A DNA stretch of 64,000 nt from a bacterium. Its GTDB lineage: Bacteria; Zhuqueibacterota; Zhuqueibacteria; Residuimicrobiales; Krinioviventaceae. The notes beneath the pieces are model-generated. The model did not search any database. It was given only the letters and a program-made list of their open reading frames with translations, and was not told the DNA's origin. Positions 35,990 to 45,714 of this stretch are shown one piece after another; position 1 is the stretch's first letter; each line of letters opens with the position of its first letter. The stretch is from contig OY843751.1 of assembly GCA_963693055.1 (NCBI GenBank), positions 4,160,001 through 4,224,000 on the forward strand, given 5' to 3'. Made by a program: the position numbers and the translations under genes.

Positions 35990-37789
35990 TTATTCTCCAT
36001 GAAACAACAATTCAGCAGGGATTTCAGATTTGTCAAAACCGGGACCTTTCCAGTTTAATTGCAAATCTAATGCACCCGCCATCTGAAAATACTCGCACTG
36101 CAATTTATGGTTTCCTTTTTTTAATGCTACTGTTGCATCTACTTCATACTTGCCGTGTCCACCGTCATTGTCAATCAGTAGTTTATCATTAATATAGAGC
36201 ATACTCCCGTCATTGGATTCCAGATAAAATGTATATTGCCCATCCTGCGGAACATCCAGATATCCATTAAAAACAATTGCGAAATCATTTTTTCGTCTGC
36301 TTGGTTCCAGATTGATCTCCGACTGAATCCCGGAAGCGACCAATTTCAACGTTTCAATTTGTTCAGCTCTCGAAACAGTCCCCTCATAATATTGATAAAA
36401 CAAGCCGGGACTCAAGTCTGCATCTAACTTGAAAGCTTCCTGATGCACATCACTGCCAACATTTGCATGAACAATCTGACTGGGCGTCTTTCCGGAAGCA
36501 AATGCCTGCATGAGCAGCGTTGTTGTACCGGACACCTCAAATGGACCCTTGTAAATATCACCATGTGTTAAAGTAGGAATACTTTTATCCAGCGTATAAC
36601 GGACCATTACATCCACATCATCACAGGTCAATTCTATAGACCCGTTTTTATCTTTAACGACCCGCGGGTAAGCCGTTGCATCAGCATAAATCCAGTCATA
36701 ACTCAAACGTGTGATCTGTATGGTTTCCAGCCCATTGCTTGCCCTTCTATTTCCAGCGCAGTGACCCAACAATACAGAGTCATCTAAAAATTTAATCGCT
36801 GTATAACAGTACCAACCATGAGGATCACTCTCCAAGGTCTTGATCTTTGACCAGGTTTTCCCTTCGTCTGATGAGATGGCCAGATTAAAGGGGGTACGCT
36901 TGCCACCGTCCAATGCATCTTCATAATTGTTATTCCAGACCAACAAGAGATCACCTGTTGATGGGACCCGTTTCATTGATGCGGGTGAAAGCGGAGACGT
37001 TATATTGCTCTCCTCAAACGGAGTCCAGCTCTCTCCTCGGTCTTTAGAGTAAGAAATGACTTGCTTACCAATTAAGGTTCTGCAAAATAAAAGAATTGTT
37101 CCATCTCTCAATTGGATGATTCCTGGCTCTTGAACTACTATGTTTTGAGGATTTGGTACGTATTTACTTTTGTTAAACGTAGCACCATTATCATCAGAAT
37201 AATAACACATAATTTGACCTTTTTCACCAGTAACCGGATGGCCTCCCCATCCTACGGGTACAATAATCCTACCATTTTCAAGCTGGATGACCCTGTCATT
37301 ATTTATAGTATAATAACCCGGCATTGTAACGCATTTTTGAGGTGGTCCCCAAGTCTCGGCTTCGTCACGTGAGATTCTCATATGTGGGGCACAGTCTGAT
37401 GAAGAATTTTTAATTGCGTAAAACAATGCAATTTCACCAGTATGTAGCCTCAATAAAGAAACGGCCATTACATTCATCCCTCCTTCATTGGCTACAATCA
37501 AACTATCAGTTTGGGTCCAAGTACGGCCTTTATCATCTGAATATCGACCCGCAAGGTATGCACTGTCATTATCGCCATTACCACCGATAAAATGAGAATA
37601 TACAAACAGAATTCGACCGTCCTTTAATGTAATAAAATCACCTTCACTGTTGCGGAAATTATCAGGACCCGGCTCTAACCTCAAAACCACCTCTTTACCG
37701 GGATGAGGAACAATATTTTTTGTCCCACAGGATTGCAATACCATTGACATCAAAACCATCACTGTTAACATATACCACTTTAATTTCAT
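35990..37789 (-). CDS. Paralogous BNR sialidase-like + PA14 lipoprotein
   Basis: Same length (599 aa) and architecture as 34003-35802; near-identical N-terminal ~100 aa. Confidence 0.85.
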   Translation of the reverse strand: MKLKWYMLTVMVLMSMVLQSCGTKNIVPHPGKEVVLRLEPGPDNFRNSEGDFITLKDGRILFVYSHFIGGNGDNDSAYLAGRYSDDKGRTWTQTDSLIVANEGGMNVMAVSLLRLHTGEIALFYAIKNSSSDCAPHMRISRDEAETWGPPQKCVTMPGYYTINNDRVIQLENGRIIVPVGWGGHPVTGEKGQIMCYYSDDNGATFNKSKYVPNPQNIVVQEPGIIQLRDGTILLFCRTLIGKQVISYSKDRGESWTPFEESNITSPLSPASMKRVPSTGDLLLVWNNNYEDALDGGKRTPFNLAISSDEGKTWSKIKTLESDPHGWYCYTAIKFLDDSVLLGHCAGNRRASNGLETIQITRLSYDWIYADATAYPRVVKDKNGSIELTCDDVDVMVRYTLDKSIPTLTHGDIYKGPFEVSGTTTLLMQAFASGKTPSQIVHANVGSDVHQEAFKLDADLSPGLFYQYYEGTVSRAEQIETLKLVASGIQSEINLEPSRRKNDFAIVFNGYLDVPQDGQYTFYLESNDGSMLYINDKLLIDNDGGHGKYEVDATVALKKGNHKLQCEYFQMAGALDLQLNWKGPGFDKSEIPAELLFHGE

Positions 37790-37820
37790 ACCATGCCCGT
37801 TCTTATAATTATAATATTAA

Positions 37821-37986
37821 CCGGTGCCCGAGTGTCCCGAACTTGCTTTGGGATGCATCAAAGGCCCGATAAAACTCTCCAGCCCGGTGCTTCTTTCTCA
37901 TCGCCCAACTCAAGCCAACAATTTATTGCTGACAGTTAATAGCTTTACCGTCTTTTATCTTTATGAGCTACCGACAACTGATAACT
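37821..37986. repeat. Composite intergenic repeat, copy 2
   Basis: GGTGCCCGAGTGTCCCGAACTTGCTTTGGGATG...TCTCATCGCCCAACTC...CCGACAACTGATAACT. Confidence 0.7.
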
Positions 37987-40900
37987 CACCTTGGCTTTAA
38001 CGCCCAAAGATCCGAAAACGGCTGCCTCTCCATTCCCGGTCCCTCTATCTCAATTTCCATACTTTCCGTTCCGCCGTTCTCATAGTACAAGATGTCAATA
38101 GCATGACGTCCCTCATCCAGGTTTACACTGCCATCCAGGAAGCGGATTCCTCCTTCGGGTTCATCATCTACCACAACTTGCCCATCAACGGATACAAAAC
38201 AACCGTCATTGGCCTTGGCATAAAATGTATATTTACCCGCGGTCTTGACCTCATAGTCAAACCGGAACCGGATTCCCACAAAATCCCCCCGACGTTTGAT
38301 CTTGTTTACATCCAGTTCATAGGTTATACCCGTAGATACTTCCCTCACCTGGCTCCAATCGGGATAGCCTTCCCATTCACCTTCATATACCGTATACGCA
38401 ATGCCCTGCACCCGGGGATCAACAAAACGGATCTTGTCGGTCTTGTCATAACTATCCCAAAATCCATCTTTTACTGCAATAGCCCTGATCGTGGTCTCAT
38501 CCCAAATCTCAATGGGTCCCTTGTATTTTTCCGATTCGGTTGTCGGCAGACTGCTATCCAGAGTATAATAAATATCCGCATCATTGCTTGCGGTAATCTC
38601 TATCCGGGCCGCGTCCGGTTTGTGGTACAGCGTATCGGCTTTGGCAATAATTGGCACAGGCAAATGAACGATTTTGATCAACTCTGTTGCGCCCTTTGAA
38701 ACAAACTGATATTTACCGGAACCAACTTTATAGATCACTGCCTGTTTGTCCGCCTTGACAAACTCTGCAGGCCCCTTGTTAACAGATACACTTTCTCCAT
38801 CCACAGCGGGTACATACACAGTAGCAGTCGTATTTGCAGGGATCTCTATATCCATAACGAGATTATCCTTTTTCAACTTCCAATGGCTTTTGATCATACC
38901 ATATATCGACTCGTATTCACCTTTTACAAATGTCAAATCACCGCACAGTACGGGTTTGATGATAACGTGCTTGAATCCGGGATCCACAAGATCAGGATTA
39001 ATACCTGCCAACGCTTTAAAAAACCATTTGTCAATACTGCCAAACATGGGGTGACTGTGCGAGCTGTGGCCGTCCCAGTCTTCCCACAAGGTTGTAACAC
39101 CCTTGCCCAGTATATAGTATCCAAACCCCGGATAATCACTCTGGTTCATCACGCTGAATGCCAGGTCTTCTCGTCCCATTTCTGTCAACGATTCCAACAA
39201 CAATGGTGTTGCCAGTATACCGGTATCCAGATGGCCCCGGTTCTCTATCACATTTTCGGCCATACTTTTAGAAACACCTGCAATATTGTCCTGCTCTACC
39301 ATCCCAAACGCCAGTGGAAAAGTATCTGCCCCCTGGTAGCTGGTCCAGTATCGTTGTTCTTTTGCATCATAGTAATGCTTGTTAAAATCGTTTTTTATAT
39401 GTTCAGCAAGTGTTGCTAGTTTTTGATGGTCCTGGTCATTTCCCAAAATTCCGGCAATTTCAGAAACCGTTTTTGCGCAGAAATAATAATAGCTGGTATT
39501 CACCAACGGTGCCGGAAGTTCCAATGGGGCCGGCGGACACCAGTCGCCCAACGGACTGTCACCGGGATTTTCATGCATCACCAGTCCGTTCTTGTCCGTT
39601 CCCTTGCCCAAAAACTCAACCCAGTGTTTCATACCTTCATAATGCTTTTCAAGCAGAGTTGTGTCCCCGTAATAAAGATAATAATACCAGGGAACCACAA
39701 CAATTGCCGAACCCCAGGCAGGACCGCCGCCGCCACCCTCATAAGGAGCGGTATGCGGAACAAATCCGGTTTTCTTGTCTTGCGCGTCATCAATGTCATT
39801 CATCCACTTGCGGTAAAACCGCATCATATCAAAATTAAATATAGAACCTTCTACCAAAAGCTCTCCGTCACCGGTATATCCTAAACGCTCACGGTGCGGA
39901 CAATCACTGCTGAAACTACTGTGAAAGTTGCCCAGTTGTGTCCAGATGTAATTCCAGTGTATCTTGTTCAACAGTTCATTGGAACAATGAAAATACCCAG
40001 TTGTATCCACTGCAGTGTTTACAACCCGCCCTGAAATACTGTTGATATCCAGCGGAACAGATGAGCCTTTGATCTCTACCGTACGAAACGCATGCCAGCT
40101 GAATCGCGGCTCCCAAATCTCGGTACCGCCTTTGCAGATATAATGATCGATCTGGCTAAAATCGCTGCCCAGCTCCTCATTATGGATGATTCTCAAGGTA
40201 TCTCCACGGTTCCCCTTTATATTCAGACGTACCCACCCCGTAAACATTTGCCCAAAATCATAAACATAGGTATTCTCTTTTGTGTGTTTGACAGAGACCG
40301 GTTTCAAAGTAGCCACTATTCCATCCCGTGGTGCCAGTTGCGGATGCAATACTCCATCCGGTGCATTCAACAGCTTGGCTTGCTGCCATCCCGAGGCATC
40401 GTAACCTGCCTTGTTCCATCCGGACATTTCCATACGTGCATCATAATGCTCACCAGTAAAAATATAATCATAAAGGATTGGTCCGTCTGTACTGAATTGC
40501 CAGCTTTCATCGCTTATAATGGTTTGTTTTTCGCCATCCAGGTATTCGATCTCGATCTGCATAATAAATCGCGGTGTATTGTACCAGACCCAGCCGGCGG
40601 GATCACGATGTCTACGATTATACCAGCCATTCCCCAGCACAATGCCTACAGCATTGCACCCTGCATGCAGCTGCTCGGCAATATCATAAATATTGTACAA
40701 AACCCGTGTTGACGAATTTTTGTCAAAATCATAAACACGATTATTATTTACCCGCTTTTGATAGTGGGTTTGCGCGGGAACCAGTACATCGTCTCCGGTT
40801 TTGGTCCCATTAATAGACATTTCATAATAACCCAAACCGCTCACATAAACGCGGGCAGTTTCAACAGGCTTGGTTATATTAAATTCTTTGCGGAACCAAG

Positions 40901-41393
40901 GGGCTGGACCGTATTCAACCTCCTCCGGACTCTTACCCTCGGCAACCCCCACCCACTTTGCCTGCCAGGCATCAGGATTCAGAGTCATTTCCCAATGTGA
41001 TATTTCACTCCAGAGAGAAGCCGCACCTGTTTCATCCCATACCTGTACTTTCCAAAACACCTGCTGCCGGGGCGCAAGTTCTGCTCCCTCGTACGCAATA
41101 TGCTGTGACTGGTTAGATCTTATTTTGCCGCTGTCCCAAATGTCTCCCGTATCCGTTATGAGCAAATCGGGCGAGCTGGCAGCCAAAATACGATAAGCGG
41201 ACTGGCTCCGGTTGTGGCCTCCTGCCTCAAGCTTCCATCCCAATCGGGGTGCAGAGATTTCAATACCCATTGGATTACTCATATACTCACAACGCAGGTC
41301 TACAACCCGCATGGCTTTATTCATTGGTTGACATCCGGATAACAAAACAAGCAAAATCAGCACAGCAGTAACAACCAGCAGCATCCTTTTCAT
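37986..41393 (-). CDS. GH78 alpha-L-rhamnosidase-like lipoprotein + Fn3-associated + PA14
   Basis: LSGC lipobox; LRCEY..NPMGI, WDSGK, YDFGQ, SDCPHRERLGYTGD, TTLWEDW, SHPMFG. Confidence 0.93.
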   Translation of the reverse strand: MKRMLLVVTAVLILLVLLSGCQPMNKAMRVVDLRCEYMSNPMGIEISAPRLGWKLEAGGHNRSQSAYRILAASSPDLLITDTGDIWDSGKIRSNQSQHIAYEGAELAPRQQVFWKVQVWDETGAASLWSEISHWEMTLNPDAWQAKWVGVAEGKSPEEVEYGPAPWFRKEFNITKPVETARVYVSGLGYYEMSINGTKTGDDVLVPAQTHYQKRVNNNRVYDFDKNSSTRVLYNIYDIAEQLHAGCNAVGIVLGNGWYNRRHRDPAGWVWYNTPRFIMQIEIEYLDGEKQTIISDESWQFSTDGPILYDYIFTGEHYDARMEMSGWNKAGYDASGWQQAKLLNAPDGVLHPQLAPRDGIVATLKPVSVKHTKENTYVYDFGQMFTGWVRLNIKGNRGDTLRIIHNEELGSDFSQIDHYICKGGTEIWEPRFSWHAFRTVEIKGSSVPLDINSISGRVVNTAVDTTGYFHCSNELLNKIHWNYIWTQLGNFHSSFSSDCPHRERLGYTGDGELLVEGSIFNFDMMRFYRKWMNDIDDAQDKKTGFVPHTAPYEGGGGGPAWGSAIVVVPWYYYLYYGDTTLLEKHYEGMKHWVEFLGKGTDKNGLVMHENPGDSPLGDWCPPAPLELPAPLVNTSYYYFCAKTVSEIAGILGNDQDHQKLATLAEHIKNDFNKHYYDAKEQRYWTSYQGADTFPLAFGMVEQDNIAGVSKSMAENVIENRGHLDTGILATPLLLESLTEMGREDLAFSVMNQSDYPGFGYYILGKGVTTLWEDWDGHSSHSHPMFGSIDKWFFKALAGINPDLVDPGFKHVIIKPVLCGDLTFVKGEYESIYGMIKSHWKLKKDNLVMDIEIPANTTATVYVPAVDGESVSVNKGPAEFVKADKQAVIYKVGSGKYQFVSKGATELIKIVHLPVPIIAKADTLYHKPDAARIEITASNDADIYYTLDSSLPTTESEKYKGPIEIWDETTIRAIAVKDGFWDSYDKTDKIRFVDPRVQGIAYTVYEGEWEGYPDWSQVREVSTGITYELDVNKIKRRGDFVGIRFRFDYEVKTAGKYTFYAKANDGCFVSVDGQVVVDDEPEGGIRFLDGSVNLDEGRHAIDILYYENGGTESMEIEIEGPGMERQPFSDLWALKPR

Positions 41394-41532
41394 ATTTTTC
41401 CTTTTGGATAAGAGAGGTGTGTAATTTTTTAGAATAAAATCATTTTTTACGAAAAAATCAAGGAGTATAATTGTACGTAATTTTTAGAGAAATTGAATTT
41501 TCTAATTGTCGTTTTATTGCAGGAAAAAAATT

Positions 41533-42077
41533 TTCAGTTATCAGTTCTCAGCTTTCAGTATAGCAGCCCCCGTTTTTTCTGACTACTGATAACTATTCAG
41601 AAATCATACTATCGCTCTGCAATCCGCTGGCGAACGGACACTCTGGAACCGGGCCTCGTTTTTTTCTGATAACTGACAACTGATTACTGACGACTTGATA
41701 CTCTGATCGCTCGGCATATTCATCCGGGCGGAATATTCATCCGGGACATTCGTCCCGCTGGCTTTTACTTAATGAACCTCACGGTAAAACCTTAATCCAG
41801 ATGTTTAAATTAAGGATAAACAGAGTTTATCCTCTCATTTCCGCCCAAAACCAGAGTTTTGGACAGAGTTACCAGTTTCATCCGTGTAAATCCGTGCCAA
41901 TCCGTGGCTAAATAAATGGGTTCCAAGGCAGAGCCTTGGAACCAGATAATATATAAAGTTTTGGACGGAGTAATATCGAGCGAGATATTCGGCCCTTTAC
42001 CTTCGATACTTCCGCCCGCCAACAGACGGACAGATACTCTGGAACCGGGCCTCGTTTTTTTCTGATTACTGACTACT
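41533..42077. repeat. Mosaic of short palindromes, heptamer and nonamer arrays, bounded by a ~40-bp direct repeat
   Basis: ACTCTGGAACCGGGCCTCGTTTTTTTCTGAT at 41640 and 42036; several hairpins; ATCCGTG nonamers at 41880-41906. Confidence 0.75.
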
Positions 42078-42083
42078 TTGGCC

Positions 42084-45000
42084 TCACGGCAAAATCATCC
42101 ACGACGGTGGGAACGCCTGTTTTTCGTATCCCGGTCCCTCAAAATAAAAATCCATGGATTCAGAGCCAACAACCTCATAATAGAACAAGTCCAAATCATG
42201 GCGCCCTTTGTCCAACTGGATCTTGCCGGAATTAATACGTTTAGCATGCGCGCCTGCGTCATAAACAATCGTCTTGCCGTCTATTTTCAACACACATCCG
42301 TCATTGGCATCACCATAAAAGGTATAAACACCGGGTGTCATAATATCAAATTTTCCGGCAAAACGGATTGCCACCTGATCACCCCGCCTGTCAATCTTGT
42401 TTACATCAAACTGAAAGGTTTTACCGGTAGATGCCACTTTAAAATCATAGGTCTCGGGATCCGGACCCAAATCACCCCACTCTCCATGATACACAGTATA
42501 CGCAATACCATTCACAGCAGGATCAATAAAACGTACATTTGCAGATGCAGGATAACTGGTTATAAATCCCTCTTTGACCATAATCGCCTGAATGGTGCAG
42601 TTTTCTTTAATCTCAACCGGACCTGTATATTTTGCAGATTCCACAGTAGGCTCGCTTCCATCCAATGTGTAATATATATCCGCATTGTTTGTAGCCCGAA
42701 TGGGGATGTACGCAGCATCATGTATGTGATACAATGTGTCCACCTTGTCAATAATCGGTACGGGTAAACGGACCGGCTTAATCAGTTCAGCAGCTCCCTG
42801 AGAGCTAAAAGTATATTTTCCAGAACCCACTTTATAAACCGCTCTATTGTCCTCTGCTCTGACAAATTGGGCGGCATCACTATTCACAGACACCCGCTCC
42901 TTATCCGTTGCAGGTACATATATTGTTGCCGTTGTATTGACAGGTATGTCCACATCCATTTTCAGGTTGCCCTTTTTATCGAGCTTCCAATGGCTTTTAA
43001 TCATACCGTAAAACGATTCTGTTCCGGCGTTCACATAGGTCAAATCCCCACAAAGGACGGGCTTGATGATGATGTGCTTGAATCCCGGATTTTCAGGATC
43101 CGGGTTAATACCCGCCGGTGCCTTAAAGAACCAACGAATTGTGCTTCCGTACATAGGGTGACTGTGCGAAAGCTTGCCGTCCCAATATTCCCACAGCGTG
43201 GTAACGCCTTTGCCAAGGATATAGTGACCATAGCTGGGAAAATCATGCTGGTTCATCATCATAAACGCAAGGTCTTCTCGCCCCATTTCCGTCAGCGTTT
43301 CCATTACAAGCGGCAAACCCAAAATACCGGTATCCAGATGTTCACGATTTTTAACAACATTCTCGACCAAGCTCTCAAAAACGCCATCAACATTCTCTTC
43401 TTTTACCATACCAAATGCCAACGGAAACGCATCCGCGCCCTGGTAACTGGTCCAGTATTGTTGATTTTTTTCATCATAAAACCGCTTGTCCAGTGCTGTT
43501 CCTATCATTTCCATGAGGGCCAAATGCTCATCGCGGTCAGCGGTTTTACCCAGTATGTCCGCGGTCTGAGCCACCAGCTTTGCACAGAAATAATAATAAC
43601 TGGTATTTACCAATGGCTCGGGGAGTTCAAGTGGAGCGGGAGAAGCCCAATCTCCCAGGCACCATGCGTTTGGTTCTTCCCGAACGACAATTCCATCCTT
43701 GTCTGTGCGAGTGCCCAGGTATTCCACCCATTGCTTCATGCCTTTATAATGTTTCTGCAATATTTGTGTATCACCATAATATACATAATAGTACCAGGGA
43801 ACAATCACATATGCCGAACCCCACGCGGGGCCGCCGCCTCCACCTTCATACGGAGCGGTATGCGGAACAAATCCGGTTTTCTTGTTACGGGCATCGTCAA
43901 TATCGTTCACCCATTTGTCATAAAACCGGGTCATATCAAAATTAAAAATGGACGATTCTACCAGAATCGATCCGTCACCGGTATAACCCAAACGTTCACG
44001 GTGCGGACAATCACTGCTAAAGCTGCCATGCATATTACCCAACTGGGTACGAATGTAATTCTCATGGATCTTGTTAAACAGCTCGTTCGAGCAGTTGAAA
44101 TATCCCACGGTATCCATAACCGTATTTACAACCCGTCCACTGATGCTGTTCAGGTCGAGTGGTACGGACGATCCCCGGATTTCTACCGTCCTGAACGCAT
44201 GCCAGGTAAAACTGGGTTCCCAGGTTTCCTGACCGCCTTTACACATATACTGATCACCCTGACTGTAGTCACTGCCCAATTCTTCTATAAAACGGAAACG
44301 CAAGGTATCTCCACGATTACCATTTATGTGTAATTTCACCCAACCCGAGAACATGTGTCCAAAGTCATAGACATATACATTATCTTCCGTATGTCTGACC
44401 GTTACCGGTTTTACCGTATTGATAATACCGTCCCTTGGGGCAAGCTGTGGTTGCAGCTTACCATCCGGTGCTTTTAACAGATTGGCCATCTGCCAACCCG
44501 ATGCATCGTATCCCGCTGAACTCCAGCCGGGCATTTCCATTCGGGCATCATAATACTCACCGCTGAAAATGCCGTCATGACGAATGGGACCCTCTGTGGT
44601 ATACTTCCAGCTATCATCACTCAAAACAAGTTGTCGCTCTCCATCGGCATATTCAATTTCGATCTGCATGATAAATCGTGGTGTATTGTACCACATTCTA
44701 CCCTCGGCACCGCGGTCACGTTGATTATACCATCCATTTCCCAGTACAATACCCACAGCATTGGCGCCCTGCTCAAGCTGACCGGTTATATCATATATAT
44801 TATAGAATATCCGGGTAGTGGATTGATCATCATAATGATAAATCAGACCCGAGAGATTCCGCTTCTCATAGTTTGTTTGCGCGGGGACCAGTTCGTCGTT
44901 ACCGGTCTCACTTCCATTCAAAAACATTTCATAATATCCTAAACCCGTCACATAAACCCGGGCTTGTTTAACAGGTTTGTCAATTTTAAATTCTTTGCGG

Positions 45001-45503
45001 AACCACGGGGCCGGACCGGTTTTCATCACAACAGGTTCCTTGATTTCCGATACCCCAACCCACTTGGCCTGCCAGTCAGCAGGATCCATCAGGGCCATCT
45101 CCCATTTGGCAATGTCACTCCATTTAGATTCGGTACCCTGTTCATCCCACACCTGTACTTTCCAGAATACCTGTTGGCGTGAATCTAATTTTTTACCATC
45201 CCATGAAATGTTTACGGATTGGTCCGAATCCACTTTACCGCTGTCCCACAAATCTGCGGAACCCTCTGCTAACAAATCAGTACTGCTTGCCGCCAGGATT
45301 TGATACGCGGACTGGCTGCGGTTGTGCCCGCCTGCTGCCAGTTTCCAGCTTAATCGTGGGGTTGCGCTGTCAATCCCCAACGGATCGTTTATATATTCGC
45401 AACGCAGATCTTTGACCTGCATGGATTTGTTCATGGATTGACAACCGGAAAACAAAAATATCAACATCAGTACAGACAACAAGACCGGAACAACCTTTTT
45501 CAT
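42084..45503 (-). CDS. GH78 alpha-L-rhamnosidase-like lipoprotein + PA14, paralog 2
   Basis: FSGC lipobox and the same GH78 motifs. Confidence 0.93.
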   Translation of the reverse strand: MKKVVPVLLSVLMLIFLFSGCQSMNKSMQVKDLRCEYINDPLGIDSATPRLSWKLAAGGHNRSQSAYQILAASSTDLLAEGSADLWDSGKVDSDQSVNISWDGKKLDSRQQVFWKVQVWDEQGTESKWSDIAKWEMALMDPADWQAKWVGVSEIKEPVVMKTGPAPWFRKEFKIDKPVKQARVYVTGLGYYEMFLNGSETGNDELVPAQTNYEKRNLSGLIYHYDDQSTTRIFYNIYDITGQLEQGANAVGIVLGNGWYNQRDRGAEGRMWYNTPRFIMQIEIEYADGERQLVLSDDSWKYTTEGPIRHDGIFSGEYYDARMEMPGWSSAGYDASGWQMANLLKAPDGKLQPQLAPRDGIINTVKPVTVRHTEDNVYVYDFGHMFSGWVKLHINGNRGDTLRFRFIEELGSDYSQGDQYMCKGGQETWEPSFTWHAFRTVEIRGSSVPLDLNSISGRVVNTVMDTVGYFNCSNELFNKIHENYIRTQLGNMHGSFSSDCPHRERLGYTGDGSILVESSIFNFDMTRFYDKWVNDIDDARNKKTGFVPHTAPYEGGGGGPAWGSAYVIVPWYYYVYYGDTQILQKHYKGMKQWVEYLGTRTDKDGIVVREEPNAWCLGDWASPAPLELPEPLVNTSYYYFCAKLVAQTADILGKTADRDEHLALMEMIGTALDKRFYDEKNQQYWTSYQGADAFPLAFGMVKEENVDGVFESLVENVVKNREHLDTGILGLPLVMETLTEMGREDLAFMMMNQHDFPSYGHYILGKGVTTLWEYWDGKLSHSHPMYGSTIRWFFKAPAGINPDPENPGFKHIIIKPVLCGDLTYVNAGTESFYGMIKSHWKLDKKGNLKMDVDIPVNTTATIYVPATDKERVSVNSDAAQFVRAEDNRAVYKVGSGKYTFSSQGAAELIKPVRLPVPIIDKVDTLYHIHDAAYIPIRATNNADIYYTLDGSEPTVESAKYTGPVEIKENCTIQAIMVKEGFITSYPASANVRFIDPAVNGIAYTVYHGEWGDLGPDPETYDFKVASTGKTFQFDVNKIDRRGDQVAIRFAGKFDIMTPGVYTFYGDANDGCVLKIDGKTIVYDAGAHAKRINSGKIQLDKGRHDLDLFYYEVVGSESMDFYFEGPGYEKQAFPPSWMILP

Positions 45504-45592
45504 AAGATTCCCTCAAAATTTTTACAGGTGTGTATTTTTTTTAATTAAACCAATTTTCACGAAATAAACAAGAGCAATAATTCAGCATCCTG

Positions 45593-45712
45593 GCTATCAG
45601 CATTCAGTCATCAGTTTCCAGTAAAGACTCAAGATATTGGTCTATTACAATAGTAATTGATCTAATAAATCTAGATTTTTTCCTGATTACTTACTACTGA
45701 AAACTGATGACT
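45593..45712. repeat. Element with inverted heptamer arms (MITE-like), homologous to 49246-49365
   Basis: Left arm AGTCATCAGTTTCCAGTA pairs with right arm TACTGAAAACTGATGACT. Confidence 0.65.
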
Positions 45713-45714
45713 TT

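Noticed and set aside
41810-42022. 70-aa ORF (…ATDWHGFTRMK…)
   Set aside because: It is a translation of palindromes and nonamer repeats, with no RBS or recognisable domain
41533-42077. CRISPR array
   Set aside because: No constant repeat with regularly sized unique spacers and no cas genes; ATATTCATCCGGG occurs only twice
42867-44333. 488-aa plus-strand ORF and the other long antisense ORFs within GH78, RND and lctP genes
   Set aside because: They lie wholly antisense to well-supported genes, are interrupted at the equivalent positions in the paralogs, and have no motifs; shadow ORFs
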